Below are positions 18,265 through 27,312 of a DNA stretch of 64,000 nucleotides, one piece after another. The stretch lies in contig OZ245817.1 in assembly GCA_965228475.1 (NCBI GenBank), forward strand, positions 800,001 to 864,000, given 5' to 3'. A program made the translations under genes and the position numbers. The notes under the pieces were generated by a model that searched no databases, had not been told where the DNA came from, and saw only the letters and a list, made by a program, of their open reading frames with translations. Every line of letters begins with the position of its first letter. Position 1 is the first letter of the stretch. Origin of the DNA: Myxococcota bacterium (GTDB lineage Bacteria > Myxococcota_A > UBA9160 > JAFDDA01).

Positions 18265-19227
18265 ATGCCGGAACCCACCTACGCCGCCGATCTCGCCGCC
18301 GTCCGCGCCGCTGCGGAGCGCCTCGCGGGCGTGGCGCACCGCACGCCGGTGGCGACCTGCACGACCCTCGACGAGCGCGCCGGGCGCAAGCTCTTCTTCA
18401 AGTGCGAGCATCTCCAGAAGGTCGGGGCCTTCAAGTTCCGCGGGGCGTGGAACGCCGTGTCCTGCCTCGCCGAGGCCGCGGCGGAGGCCGGTGTGGTGAC
18501 CCACAGCTCGGGGAACCACGGTCAGGCCCTCGCCCTGGCGGCGCGCATGCGCGGGATCCCGGCGTACGTCGTGGTCCCCGCCAACGCGACCCAGGCCAAG
18601 AAGGACGCGATCCGGGGCTACGGGGGCACGGTCATCGAGTGCGAACCGAACCTCGCCGCACGCGACGAGGTCGCCGCGCGCGTGCTCGAGGAGACCGGCG
18701 GGGCCTTCATTCCGCCCTACGACCACGCGGACATCATCGCGGGCCAGGGCACGGCGGCGCTCGAACTCTTCGAGCAGGTGCCGGGGCTCGACGCGGTCGT
18801 CGCGCCGATCGGCGGGGGAGGGCTCCTCTCGGGCACCGTCCTCGCCCTGCGCGAACTCGCGCCCGAGGTTCGCCTCTTCGGCGCCGAACCCGCGACGGCC
18901 GACGACGCCGCGCGATCGCTGGCGGCCGGGACCCTCCTCGAGCCCGGCCCGCCCGACACGATCGCGGACGGCCTGCTCGCCGGCCTCGGGGAACACACCT
19001 GGCCTCCGATCCGCGACGGCGTCGAAGCGATCTTCGTCCTCGACGACGCCGAAAGCGTGGCGGCCATGCGCCTTTGTTGGGAGCGCGCGAAGCTGCTCAT
19101 CGAGCCGAGCGCCGCGGTCGCCGTCGCCGCCGTTCTCTCGGAACCGTTCCGCGCGCTCGACGGCATCGAGCGGGTCGGGGTGATACTCTCCGGCGGAAAC
19201 CTCGACCTCGACCACCTGCCCTGGTGA
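18265..19227 (+). CDS. PLP-dependent serine/threonine dehydratase / serine racemase family protein
   Basis: KCEHLQKVGAFKFRGA, HSSGNHGQ, PIGGGGL, SGGN; no C-terminal ACT domain. Confidence 0.92.
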   Translation: MPEPTYAADLAAVRAAAERLAGVAHRTPVATCTTLDERAGRKLFFKCEHLQKVGAFKFRGAWNAVSCLAEAAAEAGVVTHSSGNHGQALALAARMRGIPAYVVVPANATQAKKDAIRGYGGTVIECEPNLAARDEVAARVLEETGGAFIPPYDHADIIAGQGTAALELFEQVPGLDAVVAPIGGGGLLSGTVLALRELAPEVRLFGAEPATADDAARSLAAGTLLEPGPPDTIADGLLAGLGEHTWPPIRDGVEAIFVLDDAESVAAMRLCWERAKLLIEPSAAVAVAAVLSEPFRALDGIERVGVILSGGNLDLDHLPW

Positions 19228-19231
19228 CGCC

Positions 19232-19594
19232 ATGCCGCTTCCCGCCGAAACCATCCTTCTGCTGCACAACCCCCGCTGCTCGAAGAGCCGCGCGACCCAC
19301 GCCCTGCTCGTCGAGCGCGGCGTCGCCTTCGAGGAACGTCGCTACCTCGACGATCCGCTCTCGCGCGAGGAGCTCGAAGACCTCGCGAAGCGGCTCTCCC
19401 GCCCGGCGCGCGAGTGGGTGCGCAAGGGAGAGGAGGCGTTCAAGAAGGCGGGCCTCACCGCGGACTCCCCGGATGCGGAGTTGCTCGAGGCGATCGCACG
19501 GGAACCGATCCTGCTCGAGCGTCCCATCGTCGTCCGCGGCCCCCGGGCTCGCGTCGGGCGCCCGCCCGAGGACGTGCTCGAGCTGCTCGACTGA
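19232..19594 (+). CDS. arsC: arsenate reductase (glutaredoxin-type ArsC family)
   Basis: HNPRCSKSR, LLERPIV, GRPPE. Confidence 0.85.
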   Translation: MPLPAETILLLHNPRCSKSRATHALLVERGVAFEERRYLDDPLSREELEDLAKRLSRPAREWVRKGEEAFKKAGLTADSPDAELLEAIAREPILLERPIVVRGPRARVGRPPEDVLELLD

Positions 19595-19596
19595 CC

Positions 19597-20133
19597 TTGG
19601 ACGAAGGCGAGAAGCGCTACTGGCAGGGTCTCGTCCGCGGCGGGCCGAGGCAGATCGTGCGACCCGGACCGGGCCAGGAATCCGTCTGGGACTATCCGCG
19701 GCCGCCCCGGCTCGAACCCGCCACGCGCCCCGTGCGCGTGTGCTTCGCGGGCGCCGAGATCGCGCGAACCGAACGCGCACTGCGCGTCTGCGAGACCGCC
19801 TCGCCGCCCACCTACTACGTACCCCTCGCCGACGTCGACCGCGGGCGGCTCACGCCCTCGCGGCTTCGCACGTTCTGCGAGTGGAAGGGCGAGGCGCACT
19901 ACTGGCACGTCGAGGTCGATGGCCAGCGCGGTGAGGACGTCGCCTGGAGCTACCCGGACCCCACGCCCGAGTACGCGGCGCTGCGCGAATGCCTGGCGTT
20001 CTTTCCCGGCCGCGTCGAAGCCTGGCTGGGCGAAGAGCGGGTGAAGCCGCAGCCGGGCCCCTTCTACGGCGGCTGGGTGACCGACGACGTGGTCGGCCCG
20101 TTCAAGGGGGAGCCCGGCACAGGGCACTGGTAG
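19597..20133 (+). CDS. DUF427 domain-containing protein
   Basis: ESVWDYPRPP, ETASPPTYY, CEWKGEA, QPGPFYGGWVT; TTG start. Confidence 0.88.
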   Translation: MDEGEKRYWQGLVRGGPRQIVRPGPGQESVWDYPRPPRLEPATRPVRVCFAGAEIARTERALRVCETASPPTYYVPLADVDRGRLTPSRLRTFCEWKGEAHYWHVEVDGQRGEDVAWSYPDPTPEYAALRECLAFFPGRVEAWLGEERVKPQPGPFYGGWVTDDVVGPFKGEPGTGHW

Positions 20134-20161
20134 CTTCGGGCGGCACTGGTAGCATCCTCGG

Positions 20162-21388
20162 GTGCTGGCCGAACGCTTCGAACGCATCCGAGCCGCCAGC
20201 GAAGCGCTCGCCGCTCCGCTCTCTCCCGAAGACTGCTCCGCGCAGTCGATGCCCGACGCGAGCCCCGTGAAGTGGCACCTTGCCCACACGAGCTGGTTCT
20301 TCGAGACCTTCGTGCTCGAGCCGGCCGGAGCGGAGCCCTTCGACCCGGCCTTCCGGGTCCTCTTCAACTCGTACTACCAAAGCGTGGGGCCTCAGCATGC
20401 GCGGCCCGCGCGCGGGCTCCTGACGCGGCCCGGCCTCGAGACCGTGCTCGCCTACCGTCGTCACGTCACGGACGCCGTCGCGGCGCGGCTCGCCGACGGC
20501 GTCTCCGCCGAGGTGACGGAGATCGTCGAGATCGGTCTCCATCACGAGCAGCAGCATCAGGAGCTCCTGCTCACGGACGTGCTGCACCTGTTCTCGTGCA
20601 ACCCGACGGACCCGGCCTATGCCGCGCCGTCCGTTCGCCCGGACGCGAAGCCGACGCGCCTGCAGTGGCACCGGCGGGGCGAGGGGCTGATCGAGGTCGG
20701 TCACGCGGGTGCGGGTTTCGCCTTCGACAACGAAGGGCCGCGCCACAAGGTCTACGTGCCGGGCTTCGAGCTGGCGTCGCGCCTCGTGACCAACCGGGAG
20801 TATCGCGACTTCATCGAGGACGGCGGCTACCGTCGCCCGGACCTCTGGCTTTCCGACGGCTGGGCCGTCGTGCAGGAACGTGGCTGGCAGTCACCGCTCT
20901 ACTGGGAGCAGGACGGCGCCGTCCCGACCCAGCTCGGCCTGCACGGCCGGCGCGAGGTCGCCGAGCACGAGCCCGTGTGCCACGTCAGCTACTACGAGGC
21001 CGACGCCTACGCGCGCTGGGCCGGCGCACGTCTCCCGACCGAAGAGGAGTGGGAGTCCGTCGCGGCCGAGCAGCCGGTCGAGGGGAACTTCGTCGAGAGC
21101 GGTGCGTTGGCCCCGGCCGGCGCCTCCGAGCGGCAGGAAGGGCCGAGCCAGCTCTTCGGCGATTGCTGGGAGTGGACGCGCTCGCCCTACGTTCCCTACC
21201 CGGGGTACGCGCCGCCGCCCGGAGCCCTCGGCGAATACAACGGCAAGTTCATGGCCAACCAGATGGTGCTGCGCGGCGGCTCGTGCGTGACGCCCGGCGA
21301 TCACGTGCGCGCGACCTACCGGAACTTCTTCTTCCCCGACGCCCGCTGGCAGTGGAGCGGGATCCGGCTCGCCCGCGACGCCGCGTGA
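20162..21388 (+). CDS. egtB: ergothioneine biosynthesis sulfoxide synthase EgtB
   Basis: SPVKWHLAHTSWFFE, FNSYY, HHEQQHQELL iron ligands, FGE-like C-domain with EYNGKFM and RATYRNFF. Confidence 0.92.
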   Translation: MLAERFERIRAASEALAAPLSPEDCSAQSMPDASPVKWHLAHTSWFFETFVLEPAGAEPFDPAFRVLFNSYYQSVGPQHARPARGLLTRPGLETVLAYRRHVTDAVAARLADGVSAEVTEIVEIGLHHEQQHQELLLTDVLHLFSCNPTDPAYAAPSVRPDAKPTRLQWHRRGEGLIEVGHAGAGFAFDNEGPRHKVYVPGFELASRLVTNREYRDFIEDGGYRRPDLWLSDGWAVVQERGWQSPLYWEQDGAVPTQLGLHGRREVAEHEPVCHVSYYEADAYARWAGARLPTEEEWESVAAEQPVEGNFVESGALAPAGASERQEGPSQLFGDCWEWTRSPYVPYPGYAPPPGALGEYNGKFMANQMVLRGGSCVTPGDHVRATYRNFFFPDARWQWSGIRLARDAA

Positions 21389-21825
21389 GCGGCGGCGCGA
21401 CGTCGTTTGCGGTCCGCCCCTTCCGCGATGCGGACGAGGCCGCAGTGAGCGCGCTGTGGCTCGAGGTCTTCGGTGAGCCACAGCCCCGCAACGCGCCGCC
21501 GCGCGTGATCGAGCAGAAGCGCCACGTCCAGCCCGAGCTCTTCCTCGTCGCGGAGCAGGGCGGCGAGATCGTCGGGACCACGCTCGCCGGGGACGACGGG
21601 CACCGGGGTTGGCTTCACCTGGTGGCGGTCTCGCCCGCCCACCAGCGTGGAGCGGTCGGCGCGGCGCTGGTCCGCGAGGCGGTCGCGCGCCTGCGCGCGC
21701 GAGGCGTCTCGAAGGTGAACCTCCAGGTCCGCGGCGACAACGCCGGCGTCGTCCGCTTCTACGAGGGGCTCGGGTTCGAAGTCGAGGATCGCATCAGCCT
21801 CGGCCTCTGCCTCGACGCCGACTGA
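21385..21825 (+). CDS. GNAT family acetyltransferase (YpeA-like)
   Basis: PELFLVAE...GDDGHRGW...KVNLQVR...FYEGLGF; GTG overlaps the egtB stop. Confidence 0.85.
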   Translation: MSGGATSFAVRPFRDADEAAVSALWLEVFGEPQPRNAPPRVIEQKRHVQPELFLVAEQGGEIVGTTLAGDDGHRGWLHLVAVSPAHQRGAVGAALVREAVARLRARGVSKVNLQVRGDNAGVVRFYEGLGFEVEDRISLGLCLDAD

Positions 21826-21835
21826 GCCGCAAGCC

Positions 21836-22711
21836 GTGGACGTCCGCGAGGTCGAAGTCCGCTCGATCCTGACGCGCGCCTCCGGCTATCTCGACGGCGT
21901 CTGTTCGCACTCGCTCCAGCCCTATCGCGGCTGCAGCTTCGGCCGCTCCCTGTGCGGGGTCGGCTGCTACGTGCAGCACAACCGCTTCGTGACCGGGGGG
22001 CGCCCATGGGGAAGCTTCCTCGACGTCCGCACCAACGCCGCCGAGTCCTACCGCGCCCGGGCGCCGGCCGAGCGGCGCTGGGCGCGGGCGAAGCGGGGCG
22101 GCTTCGCCATCTTCCTCTCGAGCGCGACGGATCCCTTCCTCCCCCAGGAGGCGCGCTACGGCGTGACGGCGCGGCTGCTCGAGGCCATGCAGGCGGAGCC
22201 GCCGGACGTGCTGATCGTGCAGACGCACTCCGCGGCCGTCGCGGACCACGGGGATGCGCTGGCGGCGCTCGCGGCACGCTGCGACCTCCGCGTGCACGTC
22301 TCGGTCGAGAGCGATCGTGAGCGGATCCCCGGTCTGCCGCCGCCGGCGAGCCCGGTCGCCGCGCGCATCGCGGCGGCGCGGGCGCTGCGCGCCCGGGGGC
22401 TGCGCGTCGTCGCGACCGTCGCGCCGCTCCTGCCCATCGAGCGGCCCGAAGTCTTCTTCGAGACGCTCGGCGAAGCCTTCGACGCCGTCGTGATCGACCA
22501 CTTCATCGGCGGGGACGGCTCGCGCGGCGGCTCCCGGACGCGGCGCACGGCGCTGCCTGGAGCGATCGAGGCCCTTCACCGCGGTGCGGCCGGGCTCGCC
22601 TACCGCGACGAAATCCTCGCGCTCGCGTGCCGCCGCCTGCCGGGCCGGGTGGGCGTCGGCCCGGACGGGTTCGCCGGGCGTTTCCTTCCCGCCGATGGAT
22701 GCGTACCCTGA
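21836..22711 (+). CDS. radical SAM protein, SplB/PA0069-like, atypical CX6CX3C motif
   Basis: RSILT, LQPYRGCSFGRSLCGVGCY, SSATDPFLPQE. Confidence 0.75.
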   Translation: MDVREVEVRSILTRASGYLDGVCSHSLQPYRGCSFGRSLCGVGCYVQHNRFVTGGRPWGSFLDVRTNAAESYRARAPAERRWARAKRGGFAIFLSSATDPFLPQEARYGVTARLLEAMQAEPPDVLIVQTHSAAVADHGDALAALAARCDLRVHVSVESDRERIPGLPPPASPVAARIAAARALRARGLRVVATVAPLLPIERPEVFFETLGEAFDAVVIDHFIGGDGSRGGSRTRRTALPGAIEALHRGAAGLAYRDEILALACRRLPGRVGVGPDGFAGRFLPADGCVP

Positions 22712-22949
22712 CCGCGTGAGTTCCGAACGCCCCGAGACGTCCCGCCAAGCGAACGAAGCGCCGCACGACGCGAACGACCCGCTCTGCCCGCTGTGCGGCG
22801 ACGCCGTGCCGTGCGGGAGCGTGCGGGGCGATGCGCGCTGCTGGTGCATGGAGCACCCCGCGCCGCCGCCGGACCCGGCGCTTCCTCCGGACGCGTGCCT
22901 CTGCGAGCGTTGCTTGAAGGCACGCCTCGCCGAACGGGCCGGCCGCTAG
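22695..22949 (+). CDS. cysteine-rich CWC family protein
   Basis: CPLCG...CWC...CLCERCL; alternative GTG start at 22716. Confidence 0.75.
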   Translation: MDAYPDRVSSERPETSRQANEAPHDANDPLCPLCGDAVPCGSVRGDARCWCMEHPAPPPDPALPPDACLCERCLKARLAERAGR

Positions 22950-23356
22950 TGGTGCGCCGGATCGAGGTCGGCGGGGAAGGGCCCGGGCTCCACGAGTTCA
23001 CGGACGCCGTCGCGCGCGCCGTCGGTGAAGCCGGCGTCGAGGACGGCCTCTGCACCGTCTTCCTCCCCCACACCTCGGCGAGCCTCACCATCCAGGAGAA
23101 CGCCGACCCGTCGGCGCGCCGGGACCTCGAAGCCTTCCTCGCGCGCCTCGTGCCCGAGGGCGATCCGCTCTACACGCACACCCTCGAAGGCCCGGACGAC
23201 ATGCCCGCCCACGTGCGCGCGGCGCTCACGGCGACGTCGCTCTCGATTCCGGTCGAACGGGGCCGGCTCGCGCTCGGCACCTGGCAGGGGATCTATCTCT
23301 GGGAGCACCGGCGCCGCGCCGGTCGGCGCGAGGTGGTGATCCACGTCGGCGAATAG
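22949..23356 (+). CDS. yjbQ: YjbQ / UPF0047 family protein
   Basis: HTSASLTIQENADP, EGPDDMPAH, LGTWQGIYLWEHR. Confidence 0.9.
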   Translation: MVRRIEVGGEGPGLHEFTDAVARAVGEAGVEDGLCTVFLPHTSASLTIQENADPSARRDLEAFLARLVPEGDPLYTHTLEGPDDMPAHVRAALTATSLSIPVERGRLALGTWQGIYLWEHRRRAGRREVVIHVGE

Positions 23357-23375
23357 CCGGGGGTGGCTCGCGCGC

Positions 23376-23738
23376 CTAGTTGGGCCGGCCGAGGACTTCC
23401 TGGGCTTCCGCCTCCACGCGATCGAAGGCCTTGCGCAGGGTGGTCAGCGCGTCGTCGAGCTCGCCGAGGTCTCCCCGGGCGCCACGCTGCTGGAGCTCCA
23501 TGCAGGCGGTCGCCAGATCGAAGGCCCCGACGTTGGCGCCGGAGTCCGAGAGCTGGCGGGCGGTCCGCTCGAGCCGCCGCGGGTTGCGCGAGGCCACGGC
23601 CTCTTCGATGCGCAAGATCAGCCCGAACCCGTCGTCCACGAAGATCTCGAGGATCTCGCGCAGGCGGTCCCCGACCCCGGCGTCGAGGGAGCGCAGGGTC
23701 GCCAGGGCTTGCGGGTCGAGGGCAGGCGCTTGGTCCAT
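23376..23738 (-). CDS. stand-alone Hpt-like domain protein lacking the phosphoacceptor His
   Basis: LDPQALATLRSL...EILEIFVDD...ARQLSDSGANVGA..LATACMEL; GAGGAG RBS before ATG 23738. Confidence 0.75.
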   Translation of the reverse strand: MDQAPALDPQALATLRSLDAGVGDRLREILEIFVDDGFGLILRIEEAVASRNPRRLERTARQLSDSGANVGAFDLATACMELQQRGARGDLGELDDALTTLRKAFDRVEAEAQEVLGRPN

Positions 23739-23836
23739 TCCCTCCTCATCGGCCACGGGCCCCCCGGGATGAAGGGGGGAGACCCGGAGATCGCCCCGGC
23801 CCGAAAGCGGCGGAAAACGGGCTACCGTCGGGCGCT

Positions 23837-24703
23837 GTGAGAAACCCCGCCCACGACCTCCGACGGATGCTCGACGCCCCCGGCGTCCTGCCGATGCCCT
23901 GCTGCTTCGATGCACTCTCCGCGCGGCTGATCGAAGCGGCCGGCTTTCAGCTCACCTTCATGAGCGGCTTCTCGGTTTCCGCCGCCCGCCTCGGTCTGCC
24001 GGACACCGGCCTGATCTCCTACGGCGAGATGGAGGCCCAGGGCCGCTTGATCTGCTCGGCGGTCTCGATCCCGGTGATCGCCGACGGGGACACCGGCTAC
24101 GGCAACGAGCTGAACGTCCGCCGCACCGTGGACGGCTTCGCCCGCGCTGGCTTCGCCGGCGTGATGATCGAGGACCAGCTCGCGCCGAAGCGCTGCGGCC
24201 ACACGCGCGGCAAGGAGGTCGTGAGCCGCGACGAGGCGCGCAGCCGGATGCGCGCGGCGGTGGATGCCCGCGACGCCGGCGCCGACGTCCTGATCATGGC
24301 GCGCACCGACGCACGCGCCGTCCACGGGATCGACGAGGCCATCGCCCGGGCCCAGGAGTTCGTGGAGCTCGGGGCGGACATCCTGTTCGTCGAAGCGCCC
24401 GAATCCGTCGACGAGCTCAAGCGGATCGGGGCCGAGGTGCCCGGCCCGAAGCTCGCGAACTTCGTGGAAGGCGGCGACACCCCGATCCTCTCGCTCGACG
24501 AACTCGAACACCTCGGCTTCAAGATCGCCGCGTACCCGGTGACGCTGCTCTCCGCTTCGATCCGCGCGATGCAGGAGGCGCTCTCCGCGCTCACCCTCGG
24601 ACACACGCCCGAGGACCTGTTGCTCGAGTTCGGCGAGCTGCGCCAGGTCGTGGGCTTCGAGGCCTACGAGGAGGCCCTGGCCCGCTACCGCAACGGGAGC
24701 TGA
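23837..24703 (+). CDS. isocitrate lyase / PEP mutase family protein (PrpB-like)
   Basis: DALSARLIE, GLPDTG, ADGDTGYG, IEDQLAPKRCGH, ARTDA. Confidence 0.92.
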   Translation: MRNPAHDLRRMLDAPGVLPMPCCFDALSARLIEAAGFQLTFMSGFSVSAARLGLPDTGLISYGEMEAQGRLICSAVSIPVIADGDTGYGNELNVRRTVDGFARAGFAGVMIEDQLAPKRCGHTRGKEVVSRDEARSRMRAAVDARDAGADVLIMARTDARAVHGIDEAIARAQEFVELGADILFVEAPESVDELKRIGAEVPGPKLANFVEGGDTPILSLDELEHLGFKIAAYPVTLLSASIRAMQEALSALTLGHTPEDLLLEFGELRQVVGFEAYEEALARYRNGS

Positions 24704-24756
24704 GCTGCGCGGGCCGCGCCGACCACGGAGCCGAGCCACGGGCCAGGAGGGAACCG

Positions 24757-25992
24757 ATGTCCGTCGAAATCCAGCACGCAGAACTCTTCGGCCTGACCGA
24801 GACCACCGCCACGCTCTACTTCGACGTCGCCGACGCCTCGGGCCCGGTGAACGCGCCCGCGAAGGTGCTGCTCGACGGCGAGGTGCGAGCGGTTTCGGAA
24901 GGCTCGGAAGGCGAGGCGAAGACCCGGCGGGTCGTGCTCACCGGTCTCGAGCCGGACCGCTCCTATTCGCTCTCGCTCGAGGCCGACGGAGCCCGGGCCG
25001 AGCCGGGAGAGTTCCTGCCCGCGCAGTTCGAGACCCTGCCCGCGCCTGACTCCGCCTGCACCGCCAGCTTCGCGACGCTGAACGACCTGCACTTCGGCGA
25101 GCCCCGCTTCGGCGGCACGCTCACCGAAGACCACGAGTACGGCGAGGAGCGGGAGGGCTTCCCGGCCGTGTCCGACGCGGACGGCGACGAGCCCTACTGG
25201 CGCTTCATGAACGAGGACGCCATCCACGACATCAACGAAGCGGGCGTCGACGCGACCGTGATCAAGGGCGACATCGCGGACCGCGGGCGCCCGGAGCAGT
25301 TCGAGGCCGCTCGCAGCGCCTTCTCGAAGCTCGCGGCCCCGCACCACGCCTTCCTCGGCAACCACGACCACTACGGGCTCGAAGCCGGCCTCGAGGTGGA
25401 CGGCTACGCGCTGCTCGGCCAGGAGCCGGCGCCGCGCTGCGTCGACCTCGGCGGCTTTCGCCTGATCCTGCTCGACACGACGCGCCCGGGGCACCACGAC
25501 GGGGTCTTCGGCGCGGAGCGCCGCGCGTGGCTCGCCGAGCGCCTGGACGAGACGCGCTCGGAGGGAATCCCGACGCTCCTCTTCATGCACCATCACCCCG
25601 TCCCGCCCGAGCGCCGTGACCAGTACCCGAACAGCATCGGCCTCGACCCGGCGGACTCCGTCGAGCTGTTCGCCCTGGCGGGAGAACACCCGCAGCTGCG
25701 CGGCGCCCTGATCGGGCACACCCACCGCAACCGCGTGCGCCACTACCCGGCCTCGGGGTCCGTGCCGTGGATCGAGGTGAACTGTACGAAGGACTACCCG
25801 GGCGGCTGGGGGCACTACCGGCTCTTCGAGGACGGGAGCTTCCGGCAGGAGGTGCGCCGCACCTCGAGCGCGCGCGCGATGCGCCACTCCTCGCACTGTC
25901 GCGACTTCTTCAACGGCTTCTACAAGCAGTTCTCGCTGGGCAAGCTCGAGCAGCGGAGCTTCGCGACGCCGGCCTGGAACGGCCGGAGTTAG
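24757..25992 (+). CDS. calcineurin-like metallophosphoesterase (Icc/CpdA-like) with N-terminal FN3-like domain
   Basis: DLH, GDIAD, GNHD, HHHP and GHTH motifs; LTGLEPDRSY in the N-domain. Confidence 0.85.
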   Translation: MSVEIQHAELFGLTETTATLYFDVADASGPVNAPAKVLLDGEVRAVSEGSEGEAKTRRVVLTGLEPDRSYSLSLEADGARAEPGEFLPAQFETLPAPDSACTASFATLNDLHFGEPRFGGTLTEDHEYGEEREGFPAVSDADGDEPYWRFMNEDAIHDINEAGVDATVIKGDIADRGRPEQFEAARSAFSKLAAPHHAFLGNHDHYGLEAGLEVDGYALLGQEPAPRCVDLGGFRLILLDTTRPGHHDGVFGAERRAWLAERLDETRSEGIPTLLFMHHHPVPPERRDQYPNSIGLDPADSVELFALAGEHPQLRGALIGHTHRNRVRHYPASGSVPWIEVNCTKDYPGGWGHYRLFEDGSFRQEVRRTSSARAMRHSSHCRDFFNGFYKQFSLGKLEQRSFATPAWNGRS

Positions 25993-27197
25993 GCCAGGCG
26001 CGAGCCGGTCCGCTTCGTCAGCTCGGCGATCGGGATGCCGTGGGGGCACGCCGTGGCGCAGGGCTCCCCACTGCACGTGAGACAGGCGCTCGCGTCGACC
26101 GGCAACTTGGCGTAGTCGCTCCGGGCCAGCTCGAGATCGCCGTAGTCCTCGGCGTACATCCGCGTGCGCAGCACCTCGGGAATCGTGACCTGAGCCGGGC
26201 AGGCGTCGCTGCAGGCGTCGCAGCCGTAGCGGCACTGGAGCTTGGCGTTCTTCTCGTCGTAGCGGGCGAGGGTGCGGCCGTCGCCCATGGCCGTGCGCGT
26301 CCAGCCCGAGGCGCCGAGGTACTCGTCGACCTCGGCGGGGGTGCGCATGGTGACGATCAGCGAGTCGACGTAGTCCTGGGAGAGGACCCAGCGGAAGGCC
26401 GCCTGGGAGAAGGTCGCGCGATCGCGCTGGTAGGGGCCGAGATCCTGGTTGCGGGCGCCGCGCAGGGTCTTCATCGCGACCACGCCGATGCCCTTGGCCT
26501 TGGCCCGCGCGAGGGAGGCCGGGAGCTTCGGCTGGAGGGCGACGAGGTCGAGCTTGCGCAGGATGCGCGCGTAGAAGGCCGGGTCCTGGCCGAAGTTGAA
26601 GGAGACGAGCAGGACGTCGACGAGGTCGTTGTCGACCACGTGGTCCACGCACTCGACGAGCAGCCCGCCGTGGCCCGACATGCCGCTGAAGCCGATCTTG
26701 CCCTGCTCCTTGGCACGGCTCACGAACTCCGGCCACTCCGGGTTCGAGACCCGGGCGAGGTCGTTCACGGCGTGGTTGAAGTAGACGTCGATGTAGTCCG
26801 TGCGCAGGCGGCGGAGGCTGCCTTCGAGCGCGGCCATCATGGCGTCCCGCTTCATGTCCCCGTAGAGCTTGGCCTTGGAGACGAGCACGACGTCCTTGCG
26901 CTTTCCCTCGAGCGCGCGGCCGATCGTTTCCTCGGAGGTGCCGCCCGTGTAGCTGTCCGCGGTGTCGATGTAGTTGATGCCGCGGTCGAGGGCGTGGTGG
27001 ACGACGGTGCCGTCGGTCCCGAGCTTCGAGCTGCCGAAGCCGATGTCGGCGATCTTCAGGCCGGTGGCGCCGAGGGCCGGGAACCGCCGCACGCGCGGGG
27101 CCGCGTCGGCCAGGGCCGGGCCGGCGCCGAGGGCGATGCCCGCGGCAGCGCTGGCGCGCAGGAAGGATCGTCGGTCGATTTCGGGTCCTCGTCCCAT
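25989..27197 (-). CDS. Tat-exported aldo/keto reductase with C-terminal 4Fe-4S ferredoxin-like domain
   Basis: IDRRSFL Tat motif; GINYIDTADSY, SLRRLRTDYID; CRYGCDACSDACP and CLTCSGEPCATACP. Confidence 0.88.
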   Translation of the reverse strand: MGRGPEIDRRSFLRASAAAGIALGAGPALADAAPRVRRFPALGATGLKIADIGFGSSKLGTDGTVVHHALDRGINYIDTADSYTGGTSEETIGRALEGKRKDVVLVSKAKLYGDMKRDAMMAALEGSLRRLRTDYIDVYFNHAVNDLARVSNPEWPEFVSRAKEQGKIGFSGMSGHGGLLVECVDHVVDNDLVDVLLVSFNFGQDPAFYARILRKLDLVALQPKLPASLARAKAKGIGVVAMKTLRGARNQDLGPYQRDRATFSQAAFRWVLSQDYVDSLIVTMRTPAEVDEYLGASGWTRTAMGDGRTLARYDEKNAKLQCRYGCDACSDACPAQVTIPEVLRTRMYAEDYGDLELARSDYAKLPVDASACLTCSGEPCATACPHGIPIAELTKRTGSRLA

Positions 27198-27312
27198 GCT
27201 CTCTCTCCTCGGCTGACGGGGGCCGGCGATTGAAGGGAAGGCTAGCACCCGCTCCAACCCGTGTGCCGAATGGGCCGAGCCCGGCCCGGTGGCCGCGCTA
27301 GGCTCGGACCCC

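Noticed and set aside
19232..19594. Arsenic resistance operon
   Set aside because: No arsR, arsB or acr3 nearby; stand-alone ArsC-family gene
20162..21388. Selenoneine synthase SenA or ovothiol synthase OvoA
   Set aside because: No senB/selD neighbours and no C-terminal methyltransferase domain; motifs fit EgtB
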